64,000 nt of DNA from Leptolyngbyaceae cyanobacterium (GTDB taxonomy: Bacteria > Cyanobacteriota > Cyanobacteriia > Phormidesmidales > Phormidesmidaceae), in assembly GCA_965263355.1 (NCBI GenBank), contig CBDHHL010000032.1, positions 3,072,001 through 3,136,000 of the forward strand. Reading direction: 5' to 3'. The translations under genes and the position numbers were made by a program. Of this stretch, positions 41,744 through 51,395 are shown piece by piece (position 1 is the stretch's first letter; every line of letters starts with the position of its first letter). The notes beneath the pieces were generated by a model. The model was not told where the DNA came from, made no database searches, and was given only the letters and a program-made list of their open reading frames with translations.

Positions 41744-42117
41744 CCCACCAACTTGGTAACGATGCTCCAAGCACCTTGCTCACGAGTAGAAAAGTCTGAT
41801 GGATTAAGCCATTTAGGATCAATAGCCACTGGTTTAATGACCAAGCTTTCTGCAATTGCTCTACCATCCAAGCCTAAGAATTGGGCGTATCGTTTGAGAA
41901 ATCCCTTGACGTAGATTGCTTCAGGGAGCTGTAACCAGTTACCTGTTTCAATAGCTCGCAATTGCTGCTGTTGAATGTGAGTCCGCGTTGCAACGTGTTG
42001 TAAGGATAACCCTTGGCGTGTGCGAATAGCCTGCAAATATCGACCCACTTTCATCAGCTGATGCTCTCGACCGTTCCCACTATGGGAGTTCTCTATTGTT
42101 TTAGGAAAAACGCTCAT
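41740..42117 (-). CDS. Stand-alone Xre/RodZ-like helix-turn-helix protein
   Basis: GRYLQAIRTRQGLSL...LRAIETG...LPEAIYVKGFLKRYAQFLGLD; no TM segment or RodZ C-terminal domain. Confidence 0.82.
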   Translation of the reverse strand: MSVFPKTIENSHSGNGREHQLMKVGRYLQAIRTRQGLSLQHVATRTHIQQQQLRAIETGNWLQLPEAIYVKGFLKRYAQFLGLDGRAIAESLVIKPVAIDPKWLNPSDFSTREQGAWSIVTKLVG

Positions 42118-42529
42118 TACTTTACAAATAGATACAACACACCTTTGTGTAGTCTATTGATCCCACTTTTCTGAATCAAGCAGGTCTTACCCTCTCTTTG
42201 CGAAGGGGATTGTACTGAGTTTGGTCTGCAGCCATACCATTCAGGCTATGAGTAGCCTCATCATCAAGTGATAAATGGCTGATTTGGTAGAGCTTGAGGT
42301 GTTAATTGAGAAAAAAGGTCGACCCCAGTTTTTGTCTTCAATACAGGCTTCATAAGCGTAAATACGTACATCTATGTGTGAAAAACATGACAAAAGTGCT
42401 CTGCATATACGTACATTTTTGAATGACTGTTAATACTCATCATATTAAGGACCCTATCAATCTGACCCAAATTACGAAAAATTACCCCATAATCGAACGT
42501 AAGAGAGGAGTGGGCAGGAATTCTTGTCT

Positions 42530-44974
42530 ATGGGGTTTGTTATGGCCTTTTCTCCCTCTTTGTTGCAACAACTGCTGCGACGGCACGTTTCGCATCTTTG
42601 GCAAAGTCGTCGTTTACCACAATTAGCCCAGCGTACCTGCGAGCTATATTTTGATAGCCAAGGCCCTCGGGCTCAAACCCATTGCCGAGAGGTTTTACAA
42701 ACTCAGGTAAAGCTTGATGCCCAAAGTTTACAACGGTTTTTTCGGACAGAAATAGGTGACTTATTATTAGAGCGATTAGCTCAGTTGATTGAGTTACCTC
42801 ACGATAGTGCTGGACGTCAGGCCTTAATTAAGCGGCTTACCAAGGTGGATCAGCTCTCGATTATGAGTGTGTTGTCTCACATTGCAGGCAATTTGCGGAC
42901 TGATCGTCTATTAGAAACGGCTCAACAAATTAATCTGCTGCTCCAGACAACAGATCAACTGCTGGCTTTACTTAAGACACTGATGGAGCAGGAAGCTATT
43001 GACCAGAGCGGGCCTGCCACGGATCTTCGGTTGCCTGGTTCTTGGGGAATACGTCAGCGAATCTTGCGCTTGCATCGACAATCGTTGCAGCCATTTCAAG
43101 TATTTCTTTACGAACCCTTGGGAGAGATTTCTGAGCCAGTGTCTGTGGTGGTCATTTCCCATGGCTTAGCCGCTAACCCCCAGGCCATGGCTCCCTATGC
43201 TAGGCATCTTGCCTCCCATGGGTATCTAGTGGCTGTTCCCCAACATCCTGGTAGCGATAATCATCACCTGCATAATTTACTGGTGGGGACTGTTGATGAG
43301 ATATTTTCGCTACAAGAGTTTTTTGACCGTCCCCATGACATTAGTATTCTTTTGGATGAACTAGAACGGCGAAATGAACGTGAGTATGACGGGTATCTCA
43401 ATTTAAATGATGTGGGTATTTTGGGGGAATCATTTGGTGGTTATACGGCGTTGGCTCTCGCCGGTGCCACTATGGATTTTGACGCGTTGGCTCAACGTTG
43501 CGAAGGCATCTCTGACAGTTTGAACGTGTCGTTGTTGCTGCAGTGCCGAGCCCTATCTCTATCGCCGATGGTCAAGCCGCCGCTTCAGGATGCTCGAATT
43601 AAGGCGATTTTTATTGTTGACCCCATTGGTAGTGGTCTGTTTGGGGGCGATGGACTGGCGTCTGTGACGATTCCAACGATGCTCGCCACTGGCAGTCAGG
43701 ATAAAATAGCGCCGTTGGCGCTGGAACCGCTTCAGATGTTCCCCCAGCTTGCCAGCCGCGATCGCTTTTTAGCCGTTATTCGGGGTAAATCCCATATTCA
43801 TGATCTTAGTAAATTACTCTCTTCTTTGAAACTTGCAACTGTTAGTGAGCTGCCAAACTTAACCCTTTCACCGCCTATCATTGAGAGCTATCTTTGTGGG
43901 TTGAGTGGACTATTTTTTCAGCAATACTTACGACGATCTGACCGGTGCCATGCAACATTTCCCGCCTATGCCCAATCTATTAGTCAAGCACCCTATGACT
44001 TGTCTCTTATTAGTGCAAAATCGGATTATGCTCTACAGCCTGTGCTCAATGATTTTCAGCAGAGGTTAGCTCAGCTGAAATGGCAGACTATGACGGTTCA
44101 GTATCAAGATGGCTTTTTTGCAGCGGCTGATGGTTTAAGCCTCTATTATCAAAGCTGGTTGCCCACCTCAATGGTTAAGGCAACAGTGATTTTAGTCCAT
44201 GGGTTAGGTGGGCATAGCAGTCTCTTTCAAAATGTTGTCAAGGCCCTATTGCCTGAAGAATATGCGCTTTATGCCTATGATCTAAGAGGGCATGGGCGTT
44301 CCCCAGGACAGCGTGGTTATATTCATCGTTGGTCAGATTATCGTAACGACTTGGCGTATTTAATTGCCATGGTTAAGCACCAACACCCGATGGTCCCGTG
44401 TTTTTTGCTAGGGCATAGTTTAGGCAGCATTATTGCTCTGGAGTATGCACTGCACAGACGTAGGCATTTGGGTGAACCCAGCGCTATCGCTTATCTGAAC
44501 GTTAACGGTATTGTGGCTGCAGCGCCACCCTTTGGTAACCATGCCACCACTGATATGCGTTTAAAGATTGGGCAGCTATTGTCGTTAAGCTGGCCCCGAT
44601 TTTCTATGTCTTTGGGATTAAAGCATATTCCGCCATCGCGAGATCGATCTATCGTCTTGGCCTATGCCCATGACCCCCTTAGACATCAACGGGGTACAGC
44701 TCGCTTAGCGACAGAATTTTTAAAGACAATCAAAACCCTACGCACCCATAGTAACTATTTGACAGTGCCTATTTTGATGCTCCATGGAACGGAAGATCAG
44801 GTCGCTGACCTTGTTGTTAGCCATGATTTTTTTCAAGCCTTACCTCAGGCGAATAAAAGATTTATTAAATATCAGGGAGCTTATCACGAACTTTATAACG
44901 AAACTAATCAAGCAGAGATCATGATGGATATTAATCATTGGCTAGGGGAGCAACTTAAAATAGTTGATGGTTGA
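42530..44974 (+). CDS. Tandem alpha/beta-hydrolase fusion (dienelactone-hydrolase/lipase-like + lysophospholipase/monoglyceride-lipase-like)
   Basis: Domain 1: VVISHGL, HPGS, GESFGG. Domain 2 (from M at 44090): LVHGLG, YDLRGHGRS, GHSLG, HGTED, YHELYNE. Confidence 0.85.
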   Translation: MGFVMAFSPSLLQQLLRRHVSHLWQSRRLPQLAQRTCELYFDSQGPRAQTHCREVLQTQVKLDAQSLQRFFRTEIGDLLLERLAQLIELPHDSAGRQALIKRLTKVDQLSIMSVLSHIAGNLRTDRLLETAQQINLLLQTTDQLLALLKTLMEQEAIDQSGPATDLRLPGSWGIRQRILRLHRQSLQPFQVFLYEPLGEISEPVSVVVISHGLAANPQAMAPYARHLASHGYLVAVPQHPGSDNHHLHNLLVGTVDEIFSLQEFFDRPHDISILLDELERRNEREYDGYLNLNDVGILGESFGGYTALALAGATMDFDALAQRCEGISDSLNVSLLLQCRALSLSPMVKPPLQDARIKAIFIVDPIGSGLFGGDGLASVTIPTMLATGSQDKIAPLALEPLQMFPQLASRDRFLAVIRGKSHIHDLSKLLSSLKLATVSELPNLTLSPPIIESYLCGLSGLFFQQYLRRSDRCHATFPAYAQSISQAPYDLSLISAKSDYALQPVLNDFQQRLAQLKWQTMTVQYQDGFFAAADGLSLYYQSWLPTSMVKATVILVHGLGGHSSLFQNVVKALLPEEYALYAYDLRGHGRSPGQRGYIHRWSDYRNDLAYLIAMVKHQHPMVPCFLLGHSLGSIIALEYALHRRRHLGEPSAIAYLNVNGIVAAAPPFGNHATTDMRLKIGQLLSLSWPRFSMSLGLKHIPPSRDRSIVLAYAHDPLRHQRGTARLATEFLKTIKTLRTHSNYLTVPILMLHGTEDQVADLVVSHDFFQALPQANKRFIKYQGAYHELYNETNQAEIMMDINHWLGEQLKIVDG

Positions 44975-45425
44975 TTTTCAAGAACTATTGGTTTAGGTCT
45001 TAATATTACAGGCATATTAAGACAACCCCTGATTGCTAGGTGATCCCACTATAATGAATGTATTAGAAATTCAGCTTTAATTGCTAGGCTTATCCAAAAT
45101 TACTAAGTTTTTGGCAACTATTTTGCCTGGTTAAATAGCTGGATTCTTAACTATGAGTCGTGATTTATCTGGCTGTTTTTTATTGTTATCTAATTGGTTT
45201 TTGCTGCTAATAGTTTGCGACTTTGAGCCCGTCAACAGTTCCCGGAATAGACTCTTTTCTCGTGTTTTCTGTATAGATAATACGGTTTGAGCTACGGGTT
45301 TAGGTGTGAGCTTGGGTCTATATCTATCTTTAACCACTCCTCTCTTTGCTGGGTAGAGCTGTAGGCCTTTTGAATGTGACTAGTCTGTATCTTGAGGGAG
45401 CGCACTCAAGAGTGCTCTTAAGAAG

Positions 45426-47444
45426 ATGAGTGATCGATGTCTCCTTAGTTGCCCGCTGTATGTCGCGCCAACAACTAAGGGCTCTGTAGAGTTAAATCAC
45501 ACCATTCCTGATTTGTTGGATATGGGGTGTGCGTATGATTATGTGCCTAGGCTATATCAGTGGACTCTCCATGGCTGGGAGGCTTATAACTATGGTGAAT
45601 TTCGGACTGCAGCAGAAGAGGTGGCATTGGGATTGCAGACGGAAGGCTTGACGGGTGGTGGGGAGCTGCCACGCATTGGTCTATTGTTAGATAGCGATAT
45701 CCATTGGGCAATGGTGGATATGGGCAGTGCGATCGCACGCCTGGTCACTGTACCTCTCGATCGCGGACAACCCACATCTACCATTGGCTGGATTGTTGCC
45801 GATGCTGGTCTAAAAGCACTGGTTGTTTCTAATTGGAAAATATTAAAACGCGTTTATCACCATGTTCAGCAGGTTGAGCTAATTATTGTTGTTGAGGATG
45901 CCCCACCCCCTGTCTGGGCGTTAGGGGAGGCTACCATTAAACCCCTAGTAGCTATTCGCCATCAAGGGCGTTTGATCCATACAGCATCAGCAATTCAGGC
46001 ATTGAAAGCGCAGCTCCATCCCGATGATTTAGCTACCATTGTTTACAATTCTGATGCTGGTGGCCGTGTCAAAGGGGCTATGCTCAGCCATCGGAACTTG
46101 ACCGGCAATATTTGGGCGGCGTTTAGTAGCATGCCTGGACTGTTGCCGGGGACACCAGAAGTAGCCCTATCGTTTTTACCCCTTAATCATATTTTTGCAA
46201 GGGCTTTTCTCTACGGTCATTTTGGCTTTGGTCACCATATCTATTTTTCATCTCCAAAGCGGGTCTTTTCCCATTTAGCGACGGTTAAACCGACAATTTT
46301 TATTACGGTGCCACGGTTACTTGAGAAAGTCTATGAGCGAGTTAATGCTCTCCGACAACAATCCTATGGACTCAACCACTACTGGTTGACCTGGGGGTGG
46401 CATCTGGCCCACCGTGAGAGGTTGCCCCGTCTTCTGCATTGGGTGCTGGGGCACACCGTGTTTAATCATTTGCGTCGAGCATTTGGAGGCAGCATTCGCT
46501 ATCTGCTATGTGGGGGGGCAGCCCTCCGGCCTGAGATTATGACCTTTTTTAATGGTGTCGGTATTCCGGTAAAGCAGGGCTATGGGCTGACGGAGACCAG
46601 TTCTGTGCTGAGCTATACCCGTGATCGCTGGCTGCGTTCCGGTACTGTAGGGGCACCAATTCCTGGGGTGGAAATGCGGCTGGCGGCAGATGGTGAAATC
46701 TTAGTGCACAGTCCCTATACCATGGCTGGATATCACCATGATCCAGCGGCTACAGATGCTGTGATTGATGCTGACGGCTGGTTCCATACCGGAGACTGGG
46801 GAGAATTTTCTGTGGATGGACTCCTGACACTCCATGGTTGTAAAAAAGATCTCTTTAAGTTGTCTACCGGTAAATATGTGGCTCCAACACCAATTGAAGC
46901 CCAATTGGAAAAGTCTCCCATTGTCAAGCAAGCTTTGTTAGTAGGACCTGGACAGAAGTTTTGTGGGGTGTTGATTGTGCCTGGGGTTGAAAGCCTCAGG
47001 TCAATACTTCAAGCTAGGGGCGAGAGCTTGGCAGACTGGCAGTTGTCGTTAACGACTGTGTTAGGAGATGTGGAGAGGGATGCTAACACATTAGCGCTGG
47101 TGCGAACTGACACGTTAGCGCTGGTGCGAACTGACACGTCAGCGCTGGTGCGAACTGACACGTCAGCGCTGGTGCGAACGCAATACCAAACCCTGATCGA
47201 TCACCTCAATGAACAATTGCCAAGTTGGTCAACTATTAAGCGGTTTGTACTGATTAACGAAAAGCCTGATGCTACAGGTAGCCGTCAGCAGCGTTACCAG
47301 GCCTATGCCCAGGAGATTAAGGTCTTGTATCAGGAGGCTGAGCTTGGGCATCAGGGACCGCCGAGAAAGTTATCTCGTTTATATCAACGGTGGAAGCGTT
47401 TAAGGCCCTTTAATTGGCGTAACCGTCCAACCAATGTGGCGTGA
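45426..47444 (+). CDS. Long-chain fatty-acid--CoA ligase homologue with degenerate motifs
   Basis: SFLPLNH, VPRLLEK, CGGAAL, QGYGLTE, GWFHTGD, KLSTGKYVAP; P-loop reads YNSDAGGRVKG. Confidence 0.85.
   Translation: MSDRCLLSCPLYVAPTTKGSVELNHTIPDLLDMGCAYDYVPRLYQWTLHGWEAYNYGEFRTAAEEVALGLQTEGLTGGGELPRIGLLLDSDIHWAMVDMGSAIARLVTVPLDRGQPTSTIGWIVADAGLKALVVSNWKILKRVYHHVQQVELIIVVEDAPPPVWALGEATIKPLVAIRHQGRLIHTASAIQALKAQLHPDDLATIVYNSDAGGRVKGAMLSHRNLTGNIWAAFSSMPGLLPGTPEVALSFLPLNHIFARAFLYGHFGFGHHIYFSSPKRVFSHLATVKPTIFITVPRLLEKVYERVNALRQQSYGLNHYWLTWGWHLAHRERLPRLLHWVLGHTVFNHLRRAFGGSIRYLLCGGAALRPEIMTFFNGVGIPVKQGYGLTETSSVLSYTRDRWLRSGTVGAPIPGVEMRLAADGEILVHSPYTMAGYHHDPAATDAVIDADGWFHTGDWGEFSVDGLLTLHGCKKDLFKLSTGKYVAPTPIEAQLEKSPIVKQALLVGPGQKFCGVLIVPGVESLRSILQARGESLADWQLSLTTVLGDVERDANTLALVRTDTLALVRTDTSALVRTDTSALVRTQYQTLIDHLNEQLPSWSTIKRFVLINEKPDATGSRQQRYQAYAQEIKVLYQEAELGHQGPPRKLSRLYQRWKRLRPFNWRNRPTNVA
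47086..47179 (+). repeat. 24-bp coding tandem repeat, about 4 copies (DT[L/S]ALVRT)
   Basis: ACAC[G/A]T[T/C]AGCGCTGGTGCGAACTG units read directly. Confidence 0.95.
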
Positions 47445-47530
47445 TTGCGTTTGGCATTTTAGGGGCTTGTGTGATGTTTTTGGGTAGGTGTTGCCTGCCT
47501 TCTGTTTACCGTCTTTAGAGGAGATCGATC

Positions 47531-49903
47531 ATGACTTTTCTTCCCTTGAAAACAGTAGCCGTGCTGGGTGCTGGTGTTATGGGTACTCAAATTGCAGCCC
47601 ATTTGGCGAATGCGGGATTACAGGTGTTACTGATGGATTTGCCTGCACCTGAAGGTAATAAAAATGCAGTTGTGGAAGGTGCCTTTAAGAAGGCTCAAAA
47701 GACCTCACCACCGATCCTATTTTCTCCTGATGTGGCCCACCGGATTGAGTTAGGCAACTACCATGAACACTTTGCCCGTTTGAGCCAGGTAGATTGGGTG
47801 ATTGAAGCTGTGATTGAGCGATTGGATGTTAAGCAGCAGCTGATGGCTCGCCTCGAACAGGTGGTCCGTTCTGACGCTGTGATTTCTACCAATACTAGTG
47901 GGTTGCCCATTGCGCAGATTGTCGATGGACGGTCCTTAGACTTTCGACGGCGGTTTTTAGGTACGCACTTTTTTAACCCACCCCGATATTTGAAACTGTT
48001 GGAGCTAATTCCGACTGACGAGACTGCTCTGGAGATAATGCAACGGGTGGCATGGTTTGGTCGTCACTACTTAGGCAAAGGAGTAGTGGTAGCCAAGGAT
48101 ACCCCCAATTTTATTGCTAACCGCATTGGTCTGTTTGCGACATTTCTAGGTATTCATGCGCTAATCAACGAAGGCTATTCCATTGAAGAGATTGATACAT
48201 TGACGGGCACATTAGTGGGTCGGCCAAAATCGGCAACGTTTAGGACAGCTGATCTCGTTGGCTTGGATACCTTGCGTCATGTGGCTGAAAATATTTATCC
48301 GGCTATTTCCCACGATGAACAACGGGAAATGTTTAAGCTGCCCCCACTGTTAAAAACGTTGGTGGAAACTGGCTCGCGAGGTGCGAAGTCTGGCCAAGGG
48401 TTCTATAAAAAGGTGGGTAAGCAGATTCTCTCTGTGAATCCTAAAACCTTTGCCTATGAAGTGCCCTGTCCACCAGATTTACCTGGACTTGAAACTGTCT
48501 CTCAAATACCTGAACTGATTGCCCGAGTTAGGGAACTGTATACCCTGGAGGGTAGGGCGGGAGACTTCTTCCGAAAAACTACCCTTGCCCTCTTAAGTTA
48601 CAGTGCCTGTCGCTTGCCCGAAATTGCTGATAGTCCCGTGGATGTGGACCGAGCTATGCGTTGGGGATTTGGCTGGCAAATGGGACCGTTTGAGCTGTGG
48701 GATGCTATTGGGTTCCATCGTGTGCTGTATGACATGCAGGCAGTACACCTGTGTGTGCCTGATTGGGTGACTGACATGGCGGCTACAGGAGAATCTCACT
48801 TCTATCGGAGTACCCAGGGGGTGCCCAGTAGTTTGTTGATGGCTGATGCGGTACTTGGACCCATGGGGCAACAAATGATAGAACAGCCTCAAAATGAGAT
48901 TTATCTGCCGTTGATTAAAACAACAAATAGGACGCTATGGGAGAACTCGGAAGCGGCACTATTGGACATGGGAAATGGGGTGGTACTCTATGAGTTTCGG
49001 TCTAAAGGCAATACCCTCAGTACAACTGTGGTGGATGGCTTACAGACGGTACTGGATATGTTGTCCCAGGACGACCAGTATCGAGGGTTAGTGATTGGTA
49101 ATAACAGCGATCATTTCTGTGGTGGGGCTAATCTTGTGGAAATGGTCACGGCGGCCCAAACCGATAATTGGCAGATGATTGCCGATTTGTTGGTGACATT
49201 TCAGCGGCTGTTACAGCGGATTCGTTACTTCCATAAACCGATTGTGGCGGCTGTCCAAGGTCGAGTATTAGGGGGGGGCTGTGAGTTAGTCATGGCCTGT
49301 CCCCATGTGGTGGCGGCGGCTGAAAGTTATATCGGACTGGTGGAGCTAAGTGTTGGTCTGATTCCTGGGGCTACGGGCACAACTCGTATGGCTAAGTGGG
49401 CAGCTCAGCAGGCTATGAGTGGCACTGCTCAGCATATTCAACCGTTCTTAAATCATGTGTTTAAGACGGTGGCGACAGCGACTGTCTCGGGTAGTGCTTT
49501 TGAGGCGATTGAGTTGGGCTTTTTGCCTCCTAATGCTCACATTGTTATGAACAATGACCAGCGACTGTATGTGGCGAAAGAAGAGGTGCTGTGTCTTGAT
49601 CGGGTGGGCTATCGTCCTCCTGCCCATGATAGTTTTTGGGTGCTAGGTGAGCAGGGTCGGGCGGTGTTGGATCATATGGCGTATACCCTGCAACAGGGGG
49701 GATTTGCCAGTGACTATGATCGGTTCTTGGCAGGGCAGCTGGCCTATGTGATGACGGGAGGAAAATTGACGGCTGCGGCGCGGGTGTCTGAGGAGTATTT
49801 GTTGAGGTTGGAGCAGGCGGTGTTCTTGCCGTTGTTGCAACAGAAGAAGACACAGGAGAGGATTGCGCATTTGTTGAAGACCAAGAAGCCGTTGCGAAAT
49901 TGA
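47531..49903 (+). CDS. fadN: 3-hydroxyacyl-CoA dehydrogenase / enoyl-CoA hydratase (FadN-type domain order)
   Basis: GAGVMG, STNTSG, GTHFFNPPRYLKLLE, PNFIANRIG; crotonase FCGGANL, GGGCE, GLVELSVGLIP; ends KPLRN. Confidence 0.92.
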   Translation: MTFLPLKTVAVLGAGVMGTQIAAHLANAGLQVLLMDLPAPEGNKNAVVEGAFKKAQKTSPPILFSPDVAHRIELGNYHEHFARLSQVDWVIEAVIERLDVKQQLMARLEQVVRSDAVISTNTSGLPIAQIVDGRSLDFRRRFLGTHFFNPPRYLKLLELIPTDETALEIMQRVAWFGRHYLGKGVVVAKDTPNFIANRIGLFATFLGIHALINEGYSIEEIDTLTGTLVGRPKSATFRTADLVGLDTLRHVAENIYPAISHDEQREMFKLPPLLKTLVETGSRGAKSGQGFYKKVGKQILSVNPKTFAYEVPCPPDLPGLETVSQIPELIARVRELYTLEGRAGDFFRKTTLALLSYSACRLPEIADSPVDVDRAMRWGFGWQMGPFELWDAIGFHRVLYDMQAVHLCVPDWVTDMAATGESHFYRSTQGVPSSLLMADAVLGPMGQQMIEQPQNEIYLPLIKTTNRTLWENSEAALLDMGNGVVLYEFRSKGNTLSTTVVDGLQTVLDMLSQDDQYRGLVIGNNSDHFCGGANLVEMVTAAQTDNWQMIADLLVTFQRLLQRIRYFHKPIVAAVQGRVLGGGCELVMACPHVVAAAESYIGLVELSVGLIPGATGTTRMAKWAAQQAMSGTAQHIQPFLNHVFKTVATATVSGSAFEAIELGFLPPNAHIVMNNDQRLYVAKEEVLCLDRVGYRPPAHDSFWVLGEQGRAVLDHMAYTLQQGGFASDYDRFLAGQLAYVMTGGKLTAAARVSEEYLLRLEQAVFLPLLQQKKTQERIAHLLKTKKPLRN

Positions 49904-49975
49904 GGTTTTTGGGGCGGTTGGATTTGTTGGTTTTTGGTTTTTGGGGCGGTTGGATTTGTTGGGTTTTGGTTTTTG
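49904..49975. repeat. 32-bp G/T-rich tandem repeat (about 2.2 copies), followed by a REP-like hairpin at 49989-50016
   Basis: GGTTTTTGGGGCGGTTGGATTTGTTGG[T/G]TTTT twice; AGGCTGGGTT...AACCCAACCT. Confidence 0.75.
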
Positions 49976-50067
49976 CCTGGGTTGAAAGAGGCTGGGTTTG
50001 TGGTGCAACCCAACCTATGGGTTTAATTGTCCCCTTGTTGTTATTGCTTGTTTACGTGGAGATCATT

Positions 50068-51249
50068 ATGCGAAGTACGTATATTGTTGCAAGTGTAAGA
50101 ACGGCGGTTGGCAAGGCTCCACGTGGGGCACTGCGGCATATGCGGCCTGATGATATGGGGGCAGCGGTGGTGCAGGGGGCAATGAAGCGGCTGCCTGCGT
50201 TACAGCTAGATCAGATCGAGGATGTGATCATGGGCTGTGCCATGCCTGAGGCAGAACAGGGCTATAACCTGGGCCGGGTGATTGCCCATCGGGCTGGGTT
50301 GCCCCCATCGGTGCCAGGGATGACGGTAAATCGCTTATGTTCGTCTGGTCTGCAAACCATTGCCATGGCACACCAGGCCATTAGTCTGGGGCAGGCAGAG
50401 GTGATAATCGCTGGGGGTGTGGAGTCCATGAGCTTGATTCCTATGGGGGGTGATCGGTGGAGCCCGAATCCAGCCATGATGGTTGAGATGCCCCAGATAT
50501 ATACCTCCATGGGGTTAACGGCGGAAAATGTGGCAGAACAGTTTGACATTGCACGGGCAGATCAGGATGTGTTTGCCTTGCGATCGCACCAAAAGGCCCT
50601 CAACGCCATTGCGGCGGGTCACTTCGCCGATGAAATTGTGGGTCTCACCGTAACGGATACGGTCTACATAGACGGTGAGACCCACACCCAGAAGACAGTC
50701 TTCGAGGTGGATGAAGGCCCTCGACCAGATACCAGTCTGGACGCATTAGCAGGGTTGCCACCGGTCTTCCGCCGTGGCGGGAGTGTCACTGCCGGTAACT
50801 CCTCCCAGATGTCTGATGGGGCTGCCGCTGCAATTCTCATGAGCGAAGACAAAGTCAGAGAATTAAACCTTACTCCCATGGCTCGTCTGCTGGGATTTGC
50901 TGTGGCTGGCGTGCCCCCACAGATTATGGGTATTGGTCCAGTAGACGCGGTACCCAAGGTGCTGAAGCAGGTCGGGTTGAGCCTGGATGACATCGGTTTG
51001 ATTGAGTTAAATGAAGCCTTTGCAGCTCAAAGTCTGGCGGTAATTCGTAAGTTGGGGTTGAACCCGGACATTATTAACGTGAACGGCGGTGCGATCGCCC
51101 TGGGCCATCCTCTGGGTTGCAGTGGTGCAAAACTGACTGCCACGTTACTCCATGCCATGAAACGTCATCATGTCCGCTATGGCATGGTCACCATGTGTGT
51201 GGGAGGTGGCATGGGTGCCGCCGGGGTGTTTGAAAATTTGTTGCTCTAA
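50068..51249 (+). CDS. fadA: Acetyl-CoA C-acyltransferase (3-ketoacyl-CoA thiolase)
   Basis: ATG 50068 with [32 protein letters not shown]. Confidence 0.93.
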   Translation: MRSTYIVASVRTAVGKAPRGALRHMRPDDMGAAVVQGAMKRLPALQLDQIEDVIMGCAMPEAEQGYNLGRVIAHRAGLPPSVPGMTVNRLCSSGLQTIAMAHQAISLGQAEVIIAGGVESMSLIPMGGDRWSPNPAMMVEMPQIYTSMGLTAENVAEQFDIARADQDVFALRSHQKALNAIAAGHFADEIVGLTVTDTVYIDGETHTQKTVFEVDEGPRPDTSLDALAGLPPVFRRGGSVTAGNSSQMSDGAAAAILMSEDKVRELNLTPMARLLGFAVAGVPPQIMGIGPVDAVPKVLKQVGLSLDDIGLIELNEAFAAQSLAVIRKLGLNPDIINVNGGAIALGHPLGCSGAKLTATLLHAMKRHHVRYGMVTMCVGGGMGAAGVFENLLL

Positions 51250-51354
51250 TTTAGGTAAAGTGACAAAAAAAGACTAGGCTTGGAAAGTAAGGGTGACGTT
51301 TGTTTTCAGCTACACTTCAACAAATTTCAACAAGATTATAAATTTTTCTGCATA

Positions 51355-51392
51355 GACCCGTAGGGGTGTTGTATGTAATGCCCCTACGGGTC
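51355..51392. repeat. GTAG REP-like palindrome (variant of the 38227 copy)
   Basis: GACCCGTAGGGG-TGTTGTATGTAATG-CCCCTACGGGTC. Confidence 0.7.
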
Positions 51393-51395
51393 GGG

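Noticed and set aside
45131..45337. 68-aa minus-strand ORF inside the fad cluster
   Set aside because: AT-rich intergenic sequence, antisense to the cluster, no motif
49900..50067. N-terminal extension of the thiolase ORF in the track
   Set aside because: It translates a G/T-rich repeat and a REP hairpin; the true start is ATG 50068 with an SD
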